Part shown: positions 8,501 to 16,116 of the stretch, in pieces
Layout: each line of letters begins with the position of its first letter
Position numbering within the stretch: position 1 is the stretch's first letter
Virus record (IMG/VR): IMGVR_UViG_3300025663_000002
Coordinates: 1-64,000 of that record
Reading direction: 5' to 3' (one strand)
DNA length: 64,000 nucleotides
Source of the DNA: a virus
Lineage: Duplodnaviria > Caudoviricetes
The notes under the pieces: model-generated
What the model saw: only the letters and a program-made list of their open reading frames with translations
What the model was told of the DNA's origin: nothing
Databases searched by the model: none
Made by a program: the position numbers and the translations under genes

Positions 8501-9628
8501 TTCTGTATCATACAGTCCAGGAGTCTTTCCATCACGTCCTTCACCTTTATGGTCAAATAGTTTATATCGACCTGATGCTAGTCCCTCTTCGCCTCTTTCT
8601 GTGAAGTTCCAACCTCTACTATTCATAGATATATTACCCAATAAGTCTTTAAGGGTTCTGTCATTTGGAGTAACTCTGGATTCTTTGTCCGCTTTAGCAG
8701 CGTTGTTCCTGTTTCTGTCGTGCCTTTGCTGAGAAAATCCACTTACATTGTTCCCCTTGACATAGTCATACTGTAACGTACCGTCCCCCCTGAGAGAGTG
8801 ACCAGCACCCACAGTAGAATGCTTGACATATTTTGCAGTCAGTTTGGCGTCCTTCTTAGTAATTTGAAGAGGCTCCGGCACGGTATCGTTGTATTCTTTA
8901 TAAGTTTGTCCGTGACGCATATTGTCTGCATATTGTTGAATTTGCAATGCTCTAGAGGCACGCTTCTTATCCCCTTTAGACCCAGTCGCTATTAGTGATT
9001 CTAAATCAGATCTATTATATGCATATCCTTCTAGTCCTGTCTTTTTAATAGCAAAATCTATTGAAGACCCGATTTGTTGCTCTCTTTTCAGATGACCGTG
9101 TCTCTGGTCCTTCATCTTTCTGATTTCTAGTAGTTTTTGCTCACGGGTGGAACCAATCATAGAACCATGCATCTTAACAATTTCTGTTGCAACTTGGTTT
9201 ACTGCGACGTAGTTTTGTTCAGCCATATGTTTCATTTGCTTGAACAAAGGTTCTTGTTTCTGGAAGGCTGCAAATTGTTGAACACCTTGTAGTATCGCAA
9301 AGTTGGATTGTATTTTCTGAGAAGAGGCATCAGCGTCAAAATGATCGGTCATTTTTGTAATCGCCTCAACTACTTCAGTTTGTATTGAGGAGAACCCAGT
9401 AATCATTGAGGCATTTGCGTCATTTTGAGACTTTATTGCAGACTTTTGATGAGTGTCTTGTTGTGCCATTTGCTGTTCTTGGGTTGCTGACATCTTTGCT
9501 GTATTTTCTGCAACTTCGTCCAATCCCCCATTACTTTGCTTGCCTTGCTTTTGCATCCACTGTCCAAGAGAATCGGCTGCTCCAGACATCAGTGCCAGTT
9601 GTGCTGTTAAGTTTGCTAATGTGCTCAT
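5564..9628 (-). CDS. Tail tape measure / baseplate hub protein (gp29-like)
   Basis: 1354 aa, helical N-terminus, Gly/Ala-rich membrane-like segments, located right after the gp26/gp51 locus. Confidence 0.7.
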   Translation of the reverse strand: MSTLANLTAQLALMSGAADSLGQWMQKQGKQSNGGLDEVAENTAKMSATQEQQMAQQDTHQKSAIKSQNDANASMITGFSSIQTEVVEAITKMTDHFDADASSQKIQSNFAILQGVQQFAAFQKQEPLFKQMKHMAEQNYVAVNQVATEIVKMHGSMIGSTREQKLLEIRKMKDQRHGHLKREQQIGSSIDFAIKKTGLEGYAYNRSDLESLIATGSKGDKKRASRALQIQQYADNMRHGQTYKEYNDTVPEPLQITKKDAKLTAKYVKHSTVGAGHSLRGDGTLQYDYVKGNNVSGFSQQRHDRNRNNAAKADKESRVTPNDRTLKDLLGNISMNSRGWNFTERGEEGLASGRYKLFDHKGEGRDGKTPGLYDTETNKFVEQAQLQMSTGASSNCCDGIATLVESNANILRLMEKADSRAKQNRRDQLEKNRDNMFSGKKKGGIGGMFGKVGGDSGGFFSGLLGGIGNFGAGAASALGGVGAYSWSKAKLAAWSKANPPKGASKGIVKNVLGTTIGAASKVAAPAAIAFGAANKMENEGQGGIEGALNTVHDTYKEIYSGLDWAADSLGMQGTPEYEKEQDKYFASRSDVMGNGAKHQRREDYQNGVLKYTSGIKDNTEAESIRNSLLNPEVTQTALGTYSKEDSEKLKRSKGVIKEAGTRARLGNRVTLADYTHKELEALFSTLTFNDDDESELLTFIKAKQNKQKITVTPGVFGPTIEFGKPGSSKKVTPSNTWSDDDKENLVDSVSDYNELKSELDLFKKNNETTKEFQEWQNDDFASSRTRPARYADAGLNKQHELLSSDTRTAKNEIDRQMKRFQDKKFGWKDTKTWHGKSARDLQRGKWWMKKNNTDSMTTNGTTQLQMDNALFNEATGGNAGQLHSNDKLISTQKGIEALGGANVAPLSGNKFLQKPTVVVPKVDHSKNYQQGFDGIDQFMHGVVNKETSSGFMGFNPIRSMAHGQVGDIMGQFKNPDNVTPEMVSSTRAMIADKAGSMLGPQKTEYILERFDQFVKTLGDYKDSKVINANDKVEKSFYEKALHPGSIYTNDIHTTERLDKIIGLMSNEVYDPTGKRKGWEDSNGNVTWGPRGSWNPKGKKKGKKKGNTGWKDTTKGWKPKDFIDDADKNGLQDPESMQMYIAANQMLGRGNASMSNTSWFNKGYIPGEEKWSLAKHRRNEVANLSYSNRAYANGGTGRVNIAGTAKAFWPGEAGTLNTGPTAGFRNISKFASRGLPLLGAAMSGYDATQRFAQGDNLGGALSVASAYPVAGLVPLAIQVLTDYVGITGNVSQSQSNDITNLTPMNQNMNGTAGTGTTIINNNSTSNSSSATAVVVPQTVHAPSSPSGNGSSLVFN

Positions 9629-9641
9629 CTTAGTTATATCC

Positions 9642-9773
9642 TTATGCTAATTGCTGTGCCCTAATACGTTCGTTTTCATCTTCAATATGTGCTTGTAATA
9701 AGTCAACATATATCTTTCGTTCAAACGGAATCATATTGTTTATATCGGACAACGAGTAATTGTGATGTTGCAT
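9642..9773 (-). CDS. 51: gp51-like C-terminal module (43 aa from ATG; open reading extends upstream to the gp26 slippery site)
   Basis: Manual translation MQHHNYSLSDINNMIPFERKIYVDLLQAHIEDENERIRAQQLA; YSL..I..MIP.ER motif. Confidence 0.75.
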   Translation of the reverse strand: MQHHNYSLSDINNMIPFERKIYVDLLQAHIEDENERIRAQQLA

Positions 9774-9817
9774 AAGCTGGAAGTTGGTCAAATAATGATT
9801 CGCCAACGAATCGTAAC

Positions 9818-10552
9818 TTATGCTAAATCGAAAAAAGCCTCTAGTCCCTCAATAACAATATCTTCTTTATATCCACATTTAGAACACTTATATGGAATTG
9901 TGTGCTTTAATGTAGGTTGGTCGTCAAAGAAATTTCTAATTTCTTTGAACGATTTTTCGTTTAATGTTTCAATGAATCCCATTAATTCTTTTTTAGGGGT
10001 TTCACTTCCTTTATAAACTTTCTCTTCGTCAAAGATGTAATCGATTGAATCAACAATAATTTTAAACATCTTATCTGTTTCTGATTTCTCTTTGCCGTAC
10101 TTTTTCAATTCGCCAGAAGAAAGGTATTTAAATTGAATACCAACCTCATCTGTAATCATTACTTTCGAATTATCTTCTTCAGGGAACGTTACTTCAATAT
10201 CATTAATATTAACAGATACGTCGTTTGAAGTTCCGCAAACTTCACCGTCCACTTCATTCTGACAAACGAAAGCACTTTCAATTAATTCCCCACGACTTCT
10301 AGATCTAATATTTAAGAATAAGTAGTCAAGGTCAAAATTTGGCAGACTTTCTGGTTTCACATTATTAAACGTGCAACTCTTTATAATATCAAAAGTTGCC
10401 GAAGCTATTGCATCTGAGTTATCTTCTTTCATCGATTCCATTGCCAATAAAAGAATCTTCTCTTCCTTTACTAAAAATGGACGATATTCAATCGTCTCTC
10501 CGTTACTTGGTAAATCTAATTTGTATTTTGGTGTATCTAATTGTGGTAACAT
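9818..10552 (-). CDS. 26: Baseplate hub assembly protein gp26-like
   Basis: LPQLDTPKYKLDLPSNGETIEYRPFLVKEEKILLLA, two CxxC-like pairs, ends GLEAFFDLA. Confidence 0.85.
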   Translation of the reverse strand: MLPQLDTPKYKLDLPSNGETIEYRPFLVKEEKILLLAMESMKEDNSDAIASATFDIIKSCTFNNVKPESLPNFDLDYLFLNIRSRSRGELIESAFVCQNEVDGEVCGTSNDVSVNINDIEVTFPEEDNSKVMITDEVGIQFKYLSSGELKKYGKEKSETDKMFKIIVDSIDYIFDEEKVYKGSETPKKELMGFIETLNEKSFKEIRNFFDDQPTLKHTIPYKCSKCGYKEDIVIEGLEAFFDLA

Positions 10553-10585
10553 TATATTATCATCCTATATCATTATCTAAAAAAA

Positions 10586-10593
10586 TATTTATA
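10586..10593 (-). promoter_or_regulatory. T4-type late promoter TATAAATA
   Basis: tatttata on the plus strand, upstream of gp26. Confidence 0.7.
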
Positions 10594-10598
10594 TTTGC

Positions 10599-11210
10599 TT
10601 AATTTTCGTACTTTCCCCAGTCCTCTTTATATTTCCTATAATCAAGGTCGCCGACCTCGGTCAACCCACTGTTATCCCAATTCTTTGTTGGTTGTCTCCA
10701 GTTACGGTATGTAAAGTTGACTGTAAACGTCGACACTTCACTGTTATCCCAAGACAAATCGACAGGACCCATGCTATTTGGCCACGCTTCTTCAAGGTCT
10801 ATTGCATATATAGGGTTTAGTTTCCTATCAAGTTTAATCACACTCACTGATGTTTTATATTCATCATAGTATCCCATTCTATACAAGTCTCCACTTCTTA
10901 TACTTGAGTCTTCAGAGTACCCATGAATTGTAGAAATCCATGCATCAAAGAATTGTCTTTCTCTCATATCCTCATGACAAATAACAGTGATAGGAAATGT
11001 ATCAACAATCATGTCGTTTGCCATTTTGAAATTTGCACCGAACCTCTTAACCTCAGCCTCGCCTAATTGTTTTCCAGGCAGAGAAGCAGCTTTAATCATG
11101 AACCTCATCTCCGTAAAACCAGTAGCAGGTAGGTTTATCACAACTTCAAATAAATTTGAACGAGAGTAGTCCCCTTTTGATAGTTGGCTGCTAAATTGAT
11201 TGTAATTCAT
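10599..11210 (-). CDS. 54: Tail tube initiator gp54-like (gp19 family)
   Basis: SRSNLFEV...KAASLPG...EEAWPNSMGPVDLSWD...FTVNFTYR; paralogue of gp19 at 61377. Confidence 0.75.
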   Translation of the reverse strand: MNYNQFSSQLSKGDYSRSNLFEVVINLPATGFTEMRFMIKAASLPGKQLGEAEVKRFGANFKMANDMIVDTFPITVICHEDMRERQFFDAWISTIHGYSEDSSIRSGDLYRMGYYDEYKTSVSVIKLDRKLNPIYAIDLEEAWPNSMGPVDLSWDNSEVSTFTVNFTYRNWRQPTKNWDNSGLTEVGDLDYRKYKEDWGKYEN

Positions 11211-11212
11211 AT

Positions 11213-11716
11213 TTATTTACTCCATACCGACGAAGCACTTGCTCCGACAAATCTTTGATAAGGTAAGTAAATAACGTTATGCCATTCACTTGATGGTGAT
11301 TCTAACATTGACGTTTTTACTTGACTGTATAAGTATTTATGTATCATCTTCTCTGCATTGGGTATCCTTTTAACACTGTCCCATGTTACATTAAATTTAT
11401 TTTGTTTCTTATTTGCAGTCTTCATTAATTGTTTAAGGAATACTTCCCTATCCTTTGGAGATAGGTAGTGGAAATTCAATCCAATAAACCCTTGTGGTGC
11501 TACATCAAGAACAACTATTAGAGGAAATCTATCCCAGTATGGTAAAGTTTTCTTATGTTTAGCGTCATAACCAAAAGTAAACATCTTTCCAGGTGCGAGT
11601 TTTGCTCTACCGAACCCTTTACCAGACTTACCAACCATATCCTTAAACCAAGCGACTGAGTTCTTGCTCGCCCGTGCTTTAGATATTTTTTGTGATTTTG
11701 TTCTTTGTGATGGCAT
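11213..11716 (-). CDS. 2: DNA end protector protein gp2
   Basis: GKMFTFGYDAKHKKTLPYWDRFPL...GLNFHYL. Confidence 0.9.
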   Translation of the reverse strand: MPSQRTKSQKISKARASKNSVAWFKDMVGKSGKGFGRAKLAPGKMFTFGYDAKHKKTLPYWDRFPLIVVLDVAPQGFIGLNFHYLSPKDREVFLKQLMKTANKKQNKFNVTWDSVKRIPNAEKMIHKYLYSQVKTSMLESPSSEWHNVIYLPYQRFVGASASSVWSK

Positions 11717-11719
11717 ATA

Positions 11720-12160
11720 TTACTTTATTAAATGTTTCTCTGTTATTATCTTAAATTCCCACTTACGGTCAAGGCAAAATTCTTCTGCTTCTTTCCATTT
11801 TGCTTCGTTTACTTTCCAAGTCTTTAGTTCTTTTAAGTATCTATACTTACTCTTTTTAGTCTTTCCCATGACAGGTGGTTTACATTGTTTTTCAGGTTTA
11901 ACCTCAATCAATGTATGCTTAACCGAACCATCACTATCACGGGTTTTGATAAGAAAATCCACATAATACTTATGCATTTTATTATCAACTGGACTGAAGT
12001 ATGGTATTACTACCTCTTCACTGTTCCACGCAATTACCGATGGGTTGTCATCACACCAACGCATAAAGGTCCTTTCCCAAAGACTTCTGTAAGTAACGTT
12101 ATCTACGTTACCGACATATTTGTCTCTGTTCTTAACTTTATATTTACCTTTATACGACAT
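11720..12160 (-). CDS. 4: Head completion nuclease gp4 (TnsA-like)
   Basis: YKGKYKVKNRDKYVG...YRSLWE...WNSEE...YYVDF...IEVKP...NEAKW. Confidence 0.92.
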   Translation of the reverse strand: MSYKGKYKVKNRDKYVGNVDNVTYRSLWERTFMRWCDDNPSVIAWNSEEVVIPYFSPVDNKMHKYYVDFLIKTRDSDGSVKHTLIEVKPEKQCKPPVMGKTKKSKYRYLKELKTWKVNEAKWKEAEEFCLDRKWEFKIITEKHLIK

Positions 12161-12166
12161 CACATA

Positions 12167-12180
12167 TATTTATATAAATA
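12167..12180. promoter_or_regulatory. Overlapping divergent late promoters
   Basis: TATTTATATAAATA: TATAAATA on minus at 12167-12174 and on plus at 12173-12180. Confidence 0.75.
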
Positions 12181-12209
12181 GTTGATATAAGTTTAATAAG
12201 GAATTCGTT

Positions 12210-13241
12210 ATGTCTTGGTACGTTGAAACTGGAAAATGGATGGTCAAAAACAAAGGCAAGTTGGCACTTGGAGCATACGTTGGCGCGGCTGCAAATGCGA
12301 CGTATGGAGACCTTTGGGGCGACCCCGACAAATTGCCCGATATCCAAGCAGGCGAGATACTGGTACAATTTCCAGAAGACGATTCTGCTGGTATGTTTTG
12401 GACGGAAATGTCGTTTTTTACATGGAAAAAGTCTACTGCTGGCCTTCATTTAGGCGATTATGATGTAAATACCCAATCTAGTACACAAAAAACTAATTTT
12501 CTTGGTATATTAAGGTTGCCTATGCCTATGCAATTATCTACTGCATATAATGGTAAATTTTCCGAGGCAGACGATATGGACGTTGACCGAGGAAACTTTG
12601 GTGTTGGTAGTGTCGCCGAACGCATGATCGGCATAAGTAAGGGAGTTTTTGTTGAAATGAAGAAAGCCGGAAATGCACTTGCTAATTTAAACAACACAGC
12701 GTCAATGTCAAACGCAAGTATTAATAATAATAATATGGGAATGAAGTACGAAGGTGCTAATTTAAGGGGTCATTCGTTTTCTTGGAGACTCTCTGCAAAA
12801 AATCAAGATGAACAAAATCAAATATTAAAGGTTATTGCAACATTAAAAGGTATGTCATTACCTGCAAATAATTGGGGTGGAGTCGAAGACTACGAAGACT
12901 TTAAGAAAAGTATCAATGCAATGAACGCGGCGACAAAAAAGGGTGAAGATGGCGAAGAGTCTCATGAAAAGTTATACGAACCGAAAGACGGAACAGACAG
13001 TGTCGGGGGCGGCCGATTAACAATACCACCAACTGTTGCTGTTAGATTTTTAGACGGGGATAAAGAAAACCCTTCGTTGTTTAAAATTAAAGACTCATTT
13101 ATAACAAATGTTGAAGTCAATTATACTTCTCAAGGTACATGGCAGGCGCACCATGATGGTTCTCCGATGGAAGTTCAACTTTCAATAACACTTAAAGAAG
13201 TTAAGATGATCACAAGACAAGACGTTTTTGCAGGATACTAA
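12210..13241 (+). CDS. 48: Baseplate tail-tube cap gp48
   Basis: LRLPMP, YEGANLRGHSFSWRLSAKNQDE, IPPTV...FITNVEVNYT...LSITLKE. Confidence 0.8.
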   Translation: MSWYVETGKWMVKNKGKLALGAYVGAAANATYGDLWGDPDKLPDIQAGEILVQFPEDDSAGMFWTEMSFFTWKKSTAGLHLGDYDVNTQSSTQKTNFLGILRLPMPMQLSTAYNGKFSEADDMDVDRGNFGVGSVAERMIGISKGVFVEMKKAGNALANLNNTASMSNASINNNNMGMKYEGANLRGHSFSWRLSAKNQDEQNQILKVIATLKGMSLPANNWGGVEDYEDFKKSINAMNAATKKGEDGEESHEKLYEPKDGTDSVGGGRLTIPPTVAVRFLDGDKENPSLFKIKDSFITNVEVNYTSQGTWQAHHDGSPMEVQLSITLKEVKMITRQDVFAGY

Positions 13242-13243
13242 CC

Positions 13244-13747
13244 ATGAAGAAATATACAGAATTATTACCAAAATTAGATTACAACGGCATTCTAATAACA
13301 GATATTACTCGTAGGTTTGTTATGAACGACGGGGTAAAATTGTTTAAGGATAGATATTATAAAACTCAAATTAAACAACACCAAACACCAGAAGTAGTTT
13401 CTGGTGTGTTGTACGGCACACCCGACTACTGGTGGGTGATTTGTGCAATCAATGACGTATATGACCCTTTCTACGATTGGGTAATGCTCGATAATGAAGT
13501 ATATGCATATACAGAAAAGAAATATGATGACATTAATGGTGTTCATCATTATCAAGACGACAATTATAATGTATATGAATCTAATAACCCAGAGTCTACA
13601 TTAGAGCCTATTACTAATATTGAATACGAAATGTATGTGAATGACACAAAACTAAGAATTAACACAATCAAACCCAAAAATATCAAAAGGGTTGTGAAAG
13701 AAATGCGCGATAGGTTAAAACTTTTACCGAATCAACAACAAGGGTAA
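13244..13747 (+). CDS. 53: Baseplate wedge subunit gp53
   Basis: PEVVSGVLYGTPDYWWVICAINDVYDPFYDW. Confidence 0.9.
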   Translation: MKKYTELLPKLDYNGILITDITRRFVMNDGVKLFKDRYYKTQIKQHQTPEVVSGVLYGTPDYWWVICAINDVYDPFYDWVMLDNEVYAYTEKKYDDINGVHHYQDDNYNVYESNNPESTLEPITNIEYEMYVNDTKLRINTIKPKNIKRVVKEMRDRLKLLPNQQQG

Positions 13748-13750
13748 TAT

Positions 13751-15043
13751 ATGTCAGAATTGATTAATATGAAACAGGCCAGTGAGTGGTATGTTTTATT
13801 GACAAATATAAAGGGTGATGAGGTTGATATAACAACAACCATCCAACAATTATCAGTATATGAATCTATATACAATAATAGTATGTTTGGAACTTTGATA
13901 ATTGAAGACGATACTGGTTTTATTGAAACTCTTGGACTAATTGGTTCTGGTGAAGAAACTATTGAAGTGTTTATTGAAACTCCAAATGCATCAGAAAATA
14001 TGGAGACCAATAATATAGAAAAAGTATTTGTTATTAATTCATTGACTAATGTTAATCGAGTATTAGATGGTACTGGTAAGACAACATTTTCTTTAGGGTT
14101 TGTTTCTCCTTATTTAGTTAAAAATAATACAACAAAGATAAGCAGATCGTTCAACGCAATGACTTCTTCTGAAATTGTCGAATATACAGCACTAGATATT
14201 TTAGAAATTGGTGGGGACGATAACTTCGACTTCTCTAGCCTTGTTACAAACACACCAACAAAATATACAAAAAATATAGTGGTTCCCAATTGGAAACCTT
14301 TTGATTTGATGAACTTTTTAGCAAAGAATTCTATTTCGGTTGACGGTAATAGTAATTACATATTCTTTGAGAACAATGAGGGGTTTCATTTTACCACTAT
14401 TGAAGATTTGAAACAACAAGAAATAATTAGAATGATTACTGTTAATGGAACTAATGACGCAGGCAATAAACAGGGTGGTATCGGAGAAATTCTAATTGAA
14501 GGTAATAATGCCGAATCATATGACGAATTGACTCGATTTGATATTTCTAGTGGAACCTCAAATGGTATGTATGGTGGCAGAATGGTTGCTCATAATATAC
14601 TTACCAAATCGGTCGAAACGTACGATATTACTAATACTCCGAAAGGTAGTAAATTGGGCGATGTTGGGTTTGGTGATGTGTTTAGGAAAGACCAAGAACC
14701 AAGTTCGCATATAGGGTATATGAGTTCTAATTACTTATACGACGTTCACGACAAAGAAGAAAGGTCTCATTATCCTTTATACGATATGAAGATATCCGAA
14801 CTAAGGTCTAATTTAATCAAATTAACACTTCCTGGTGATACTAATATTTTCGCTGGCAATACTTTTGAATTATTATTGCCTTCTACTTCGCACGATTCTC
14901 AAGAAATGGATAGGTATATGAGTGGAAACTACTTTATCACAGCAATACACCATAAAATAAATTCGAGTGGATACGAAATGACCATGGAATGTTCAAAAGA
15001 CGGGTTTGATTTTGAACTTGATGAAAGTACAATGGAACAATAG
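13751..15043 (+). CDS. Baseplate hub protein (gp27-like)
   Basis: LSVYESIYNNSMFGTL, YIFFENNEGFHF, LPGDTNIFAG...SGNYFITAIHH; between gp53 and gp5. Confidence 0.7.
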   Translation: MSELINMKQASEWYVLLTNIKGDEVDITTTIQQLSVYESIYNNSMFGTLIIEDDTGFIETLGLIGSGEETIEVFIETPNASENMETNNIEKVFVINSLTNVNRVLDGTGKTTFSLGFVSPYLVKNNTTKISRSFNAMTSSEIVEYTALDILEIGGDDNFDFSSLVTNTPTKYTKNIVVPNWKPFDLMNFLAKNSISVDGNSNYIFFENNEGFHFTTIEDLKQQEIIRMITVNGTNDAGNKQGGIGEILIEGNNAESYDELTRFDISSGTSNGMYGGRMVAHNILTKSVETYDITNTPKGSKLGDVGFGDVFRKDQEPSSHIGYMSSNYLYDVHDKEERSHYPLYDMKISELRSNLIKLTLPGDTNIFAGNTFELLLPSTSHDSQEMDRYMSGNYFITAIHHKINSSGYEMTMECSKDGFDFELDESTMEQ

Positions 15044-15051
15044 GATATATT

Positions 15052-16107
15052 ATGCAATTAATGGGATTTGATAATTTTATATGGTTTACAGGTGTTGTGG
15101 AAGATAGAGACGACCCGATGCGATTGGGAAGGATACGTGTTAGAATATTTCACTTACATACAGACAAAAAAGTTAAATCAAAATCAGAAGGTATTCCTAC
15201 TGAAGATTTGCCTTGGGCATATCCAATGCAGCCAATAACTTCAGCTGCGATGAATGGTGTAGGAACTACCCCTCTCGGACCAGTTGAAGGGACACACGTA
15301 GTTGGTTTCTTCAGAGACGGGACTAATTGTCAAGACCCCGTTGTAATGGGCACACTTGGAGGATATCCGTTAGATTTGCCTGGTGAAACTGGATTTAACG
15401 ATCCTAATAAGAAATACCCAAGAAAAGAGAATTTAAAAGAACCAGATACTAATAGGCGTGCAGTAGTGGATTTTGAGGATCCAGTAGAAGGTGAGTTGTG
15501 GTCTAGTAAAACTACGCAATTGGACGAAGACCATGAACCTGAAGATGGAAGTGATGCTCTAAGAACACAAGATAAAGAAGTGTCGGTTGCTGTTGCTGTA
15601 TCTCAATCAGGGCATTTACCGTGGTCAGAACCTGATAACCCGTTTGCAGGAGAATACCCGTTCAACCATGTACGTGAATCTGAGTCAGGACACGTAGAAG
15701 AGTGGGATGACACACCAGAAGCAGAACGTTTAATGAAATGGCACAAGTCAGGAACGTTTGAAGAGATACATCCAGACGGAACGAAGGTTACTAAAGTCAT
15801 CTCTGATAACTACCATATTACTGTTGGTGATGAATTTGTACACATAAAAGGGAAGACAGAAACCGATGAGGGTGGTGAGGAATATACTGTCGGTGGTAAT
15901 TTTACTGTTACTATTGATGGTAATTGTAGTATGAAAGTGGGTGGAAATTATAATATGCAAGTTGTCGGAAATCACAAAACAACAGTTCATGGTGATTATG
16001 AAATGCAAGTATTAGGCAACACCAAGATTATGACAGCAGGTACTAAGATGGATGAGTCGGCAAGGAATCATACAATTAAAGGTGCTATTATACACTTAAA
16101 TCCATAG
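15052..16107 (+). CDS. 5: Baseplate spike gp5 (OB-fold plus beta-helix, no lysozyme domain)
   Basis: WFTGVVEDRDDPMRLGRIRVRI, EYPFNHVRESESGHVEEWDDTP, 8-residue beta-helix repeats at the C-terminus. Confidence 0.92.
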   Translation: MQLMGFDNFIWFTGVVEDRDDPMRLGRIRVRIFHLHTDKKVKSKSEGIPTEDLPWAYPMQPITSAAMNGVGTTPLGPVEGTHVVGFFRDGTNCQDPVVMGTLGGYPLDLPGETGFNDPNKKYPRKENLKEPDTNRRAVVDFEDPVEGELWSSKTTQLDEDHEPEDGSDALRTQDKEVSVAVAVSQSGHLPWSEPDNPFAGEYPFNHVRESESGHVEEWDDTPEAERLMKWHKSGTFEEIHPDGTKVTKVISDNYHITVGDEFVHIKGKTETDEGGEEYTVGGNFTVTIDGNCSMKVGGNYNMQVVGNHKTTVHGDYEMQVLGNTKIMTAGTKMDESARNHTIKGAIIHLNP

Positions 16108-16116
16108 GAGTAATTT

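Noticed and set aside
7848-8732. 294-aa plus-strand ORF
   Set aside because: Antisense shadow of the Gly/Ala-rich tape measure gene; Pro/Ala bias follows from the opposite strand; no RBS evident.
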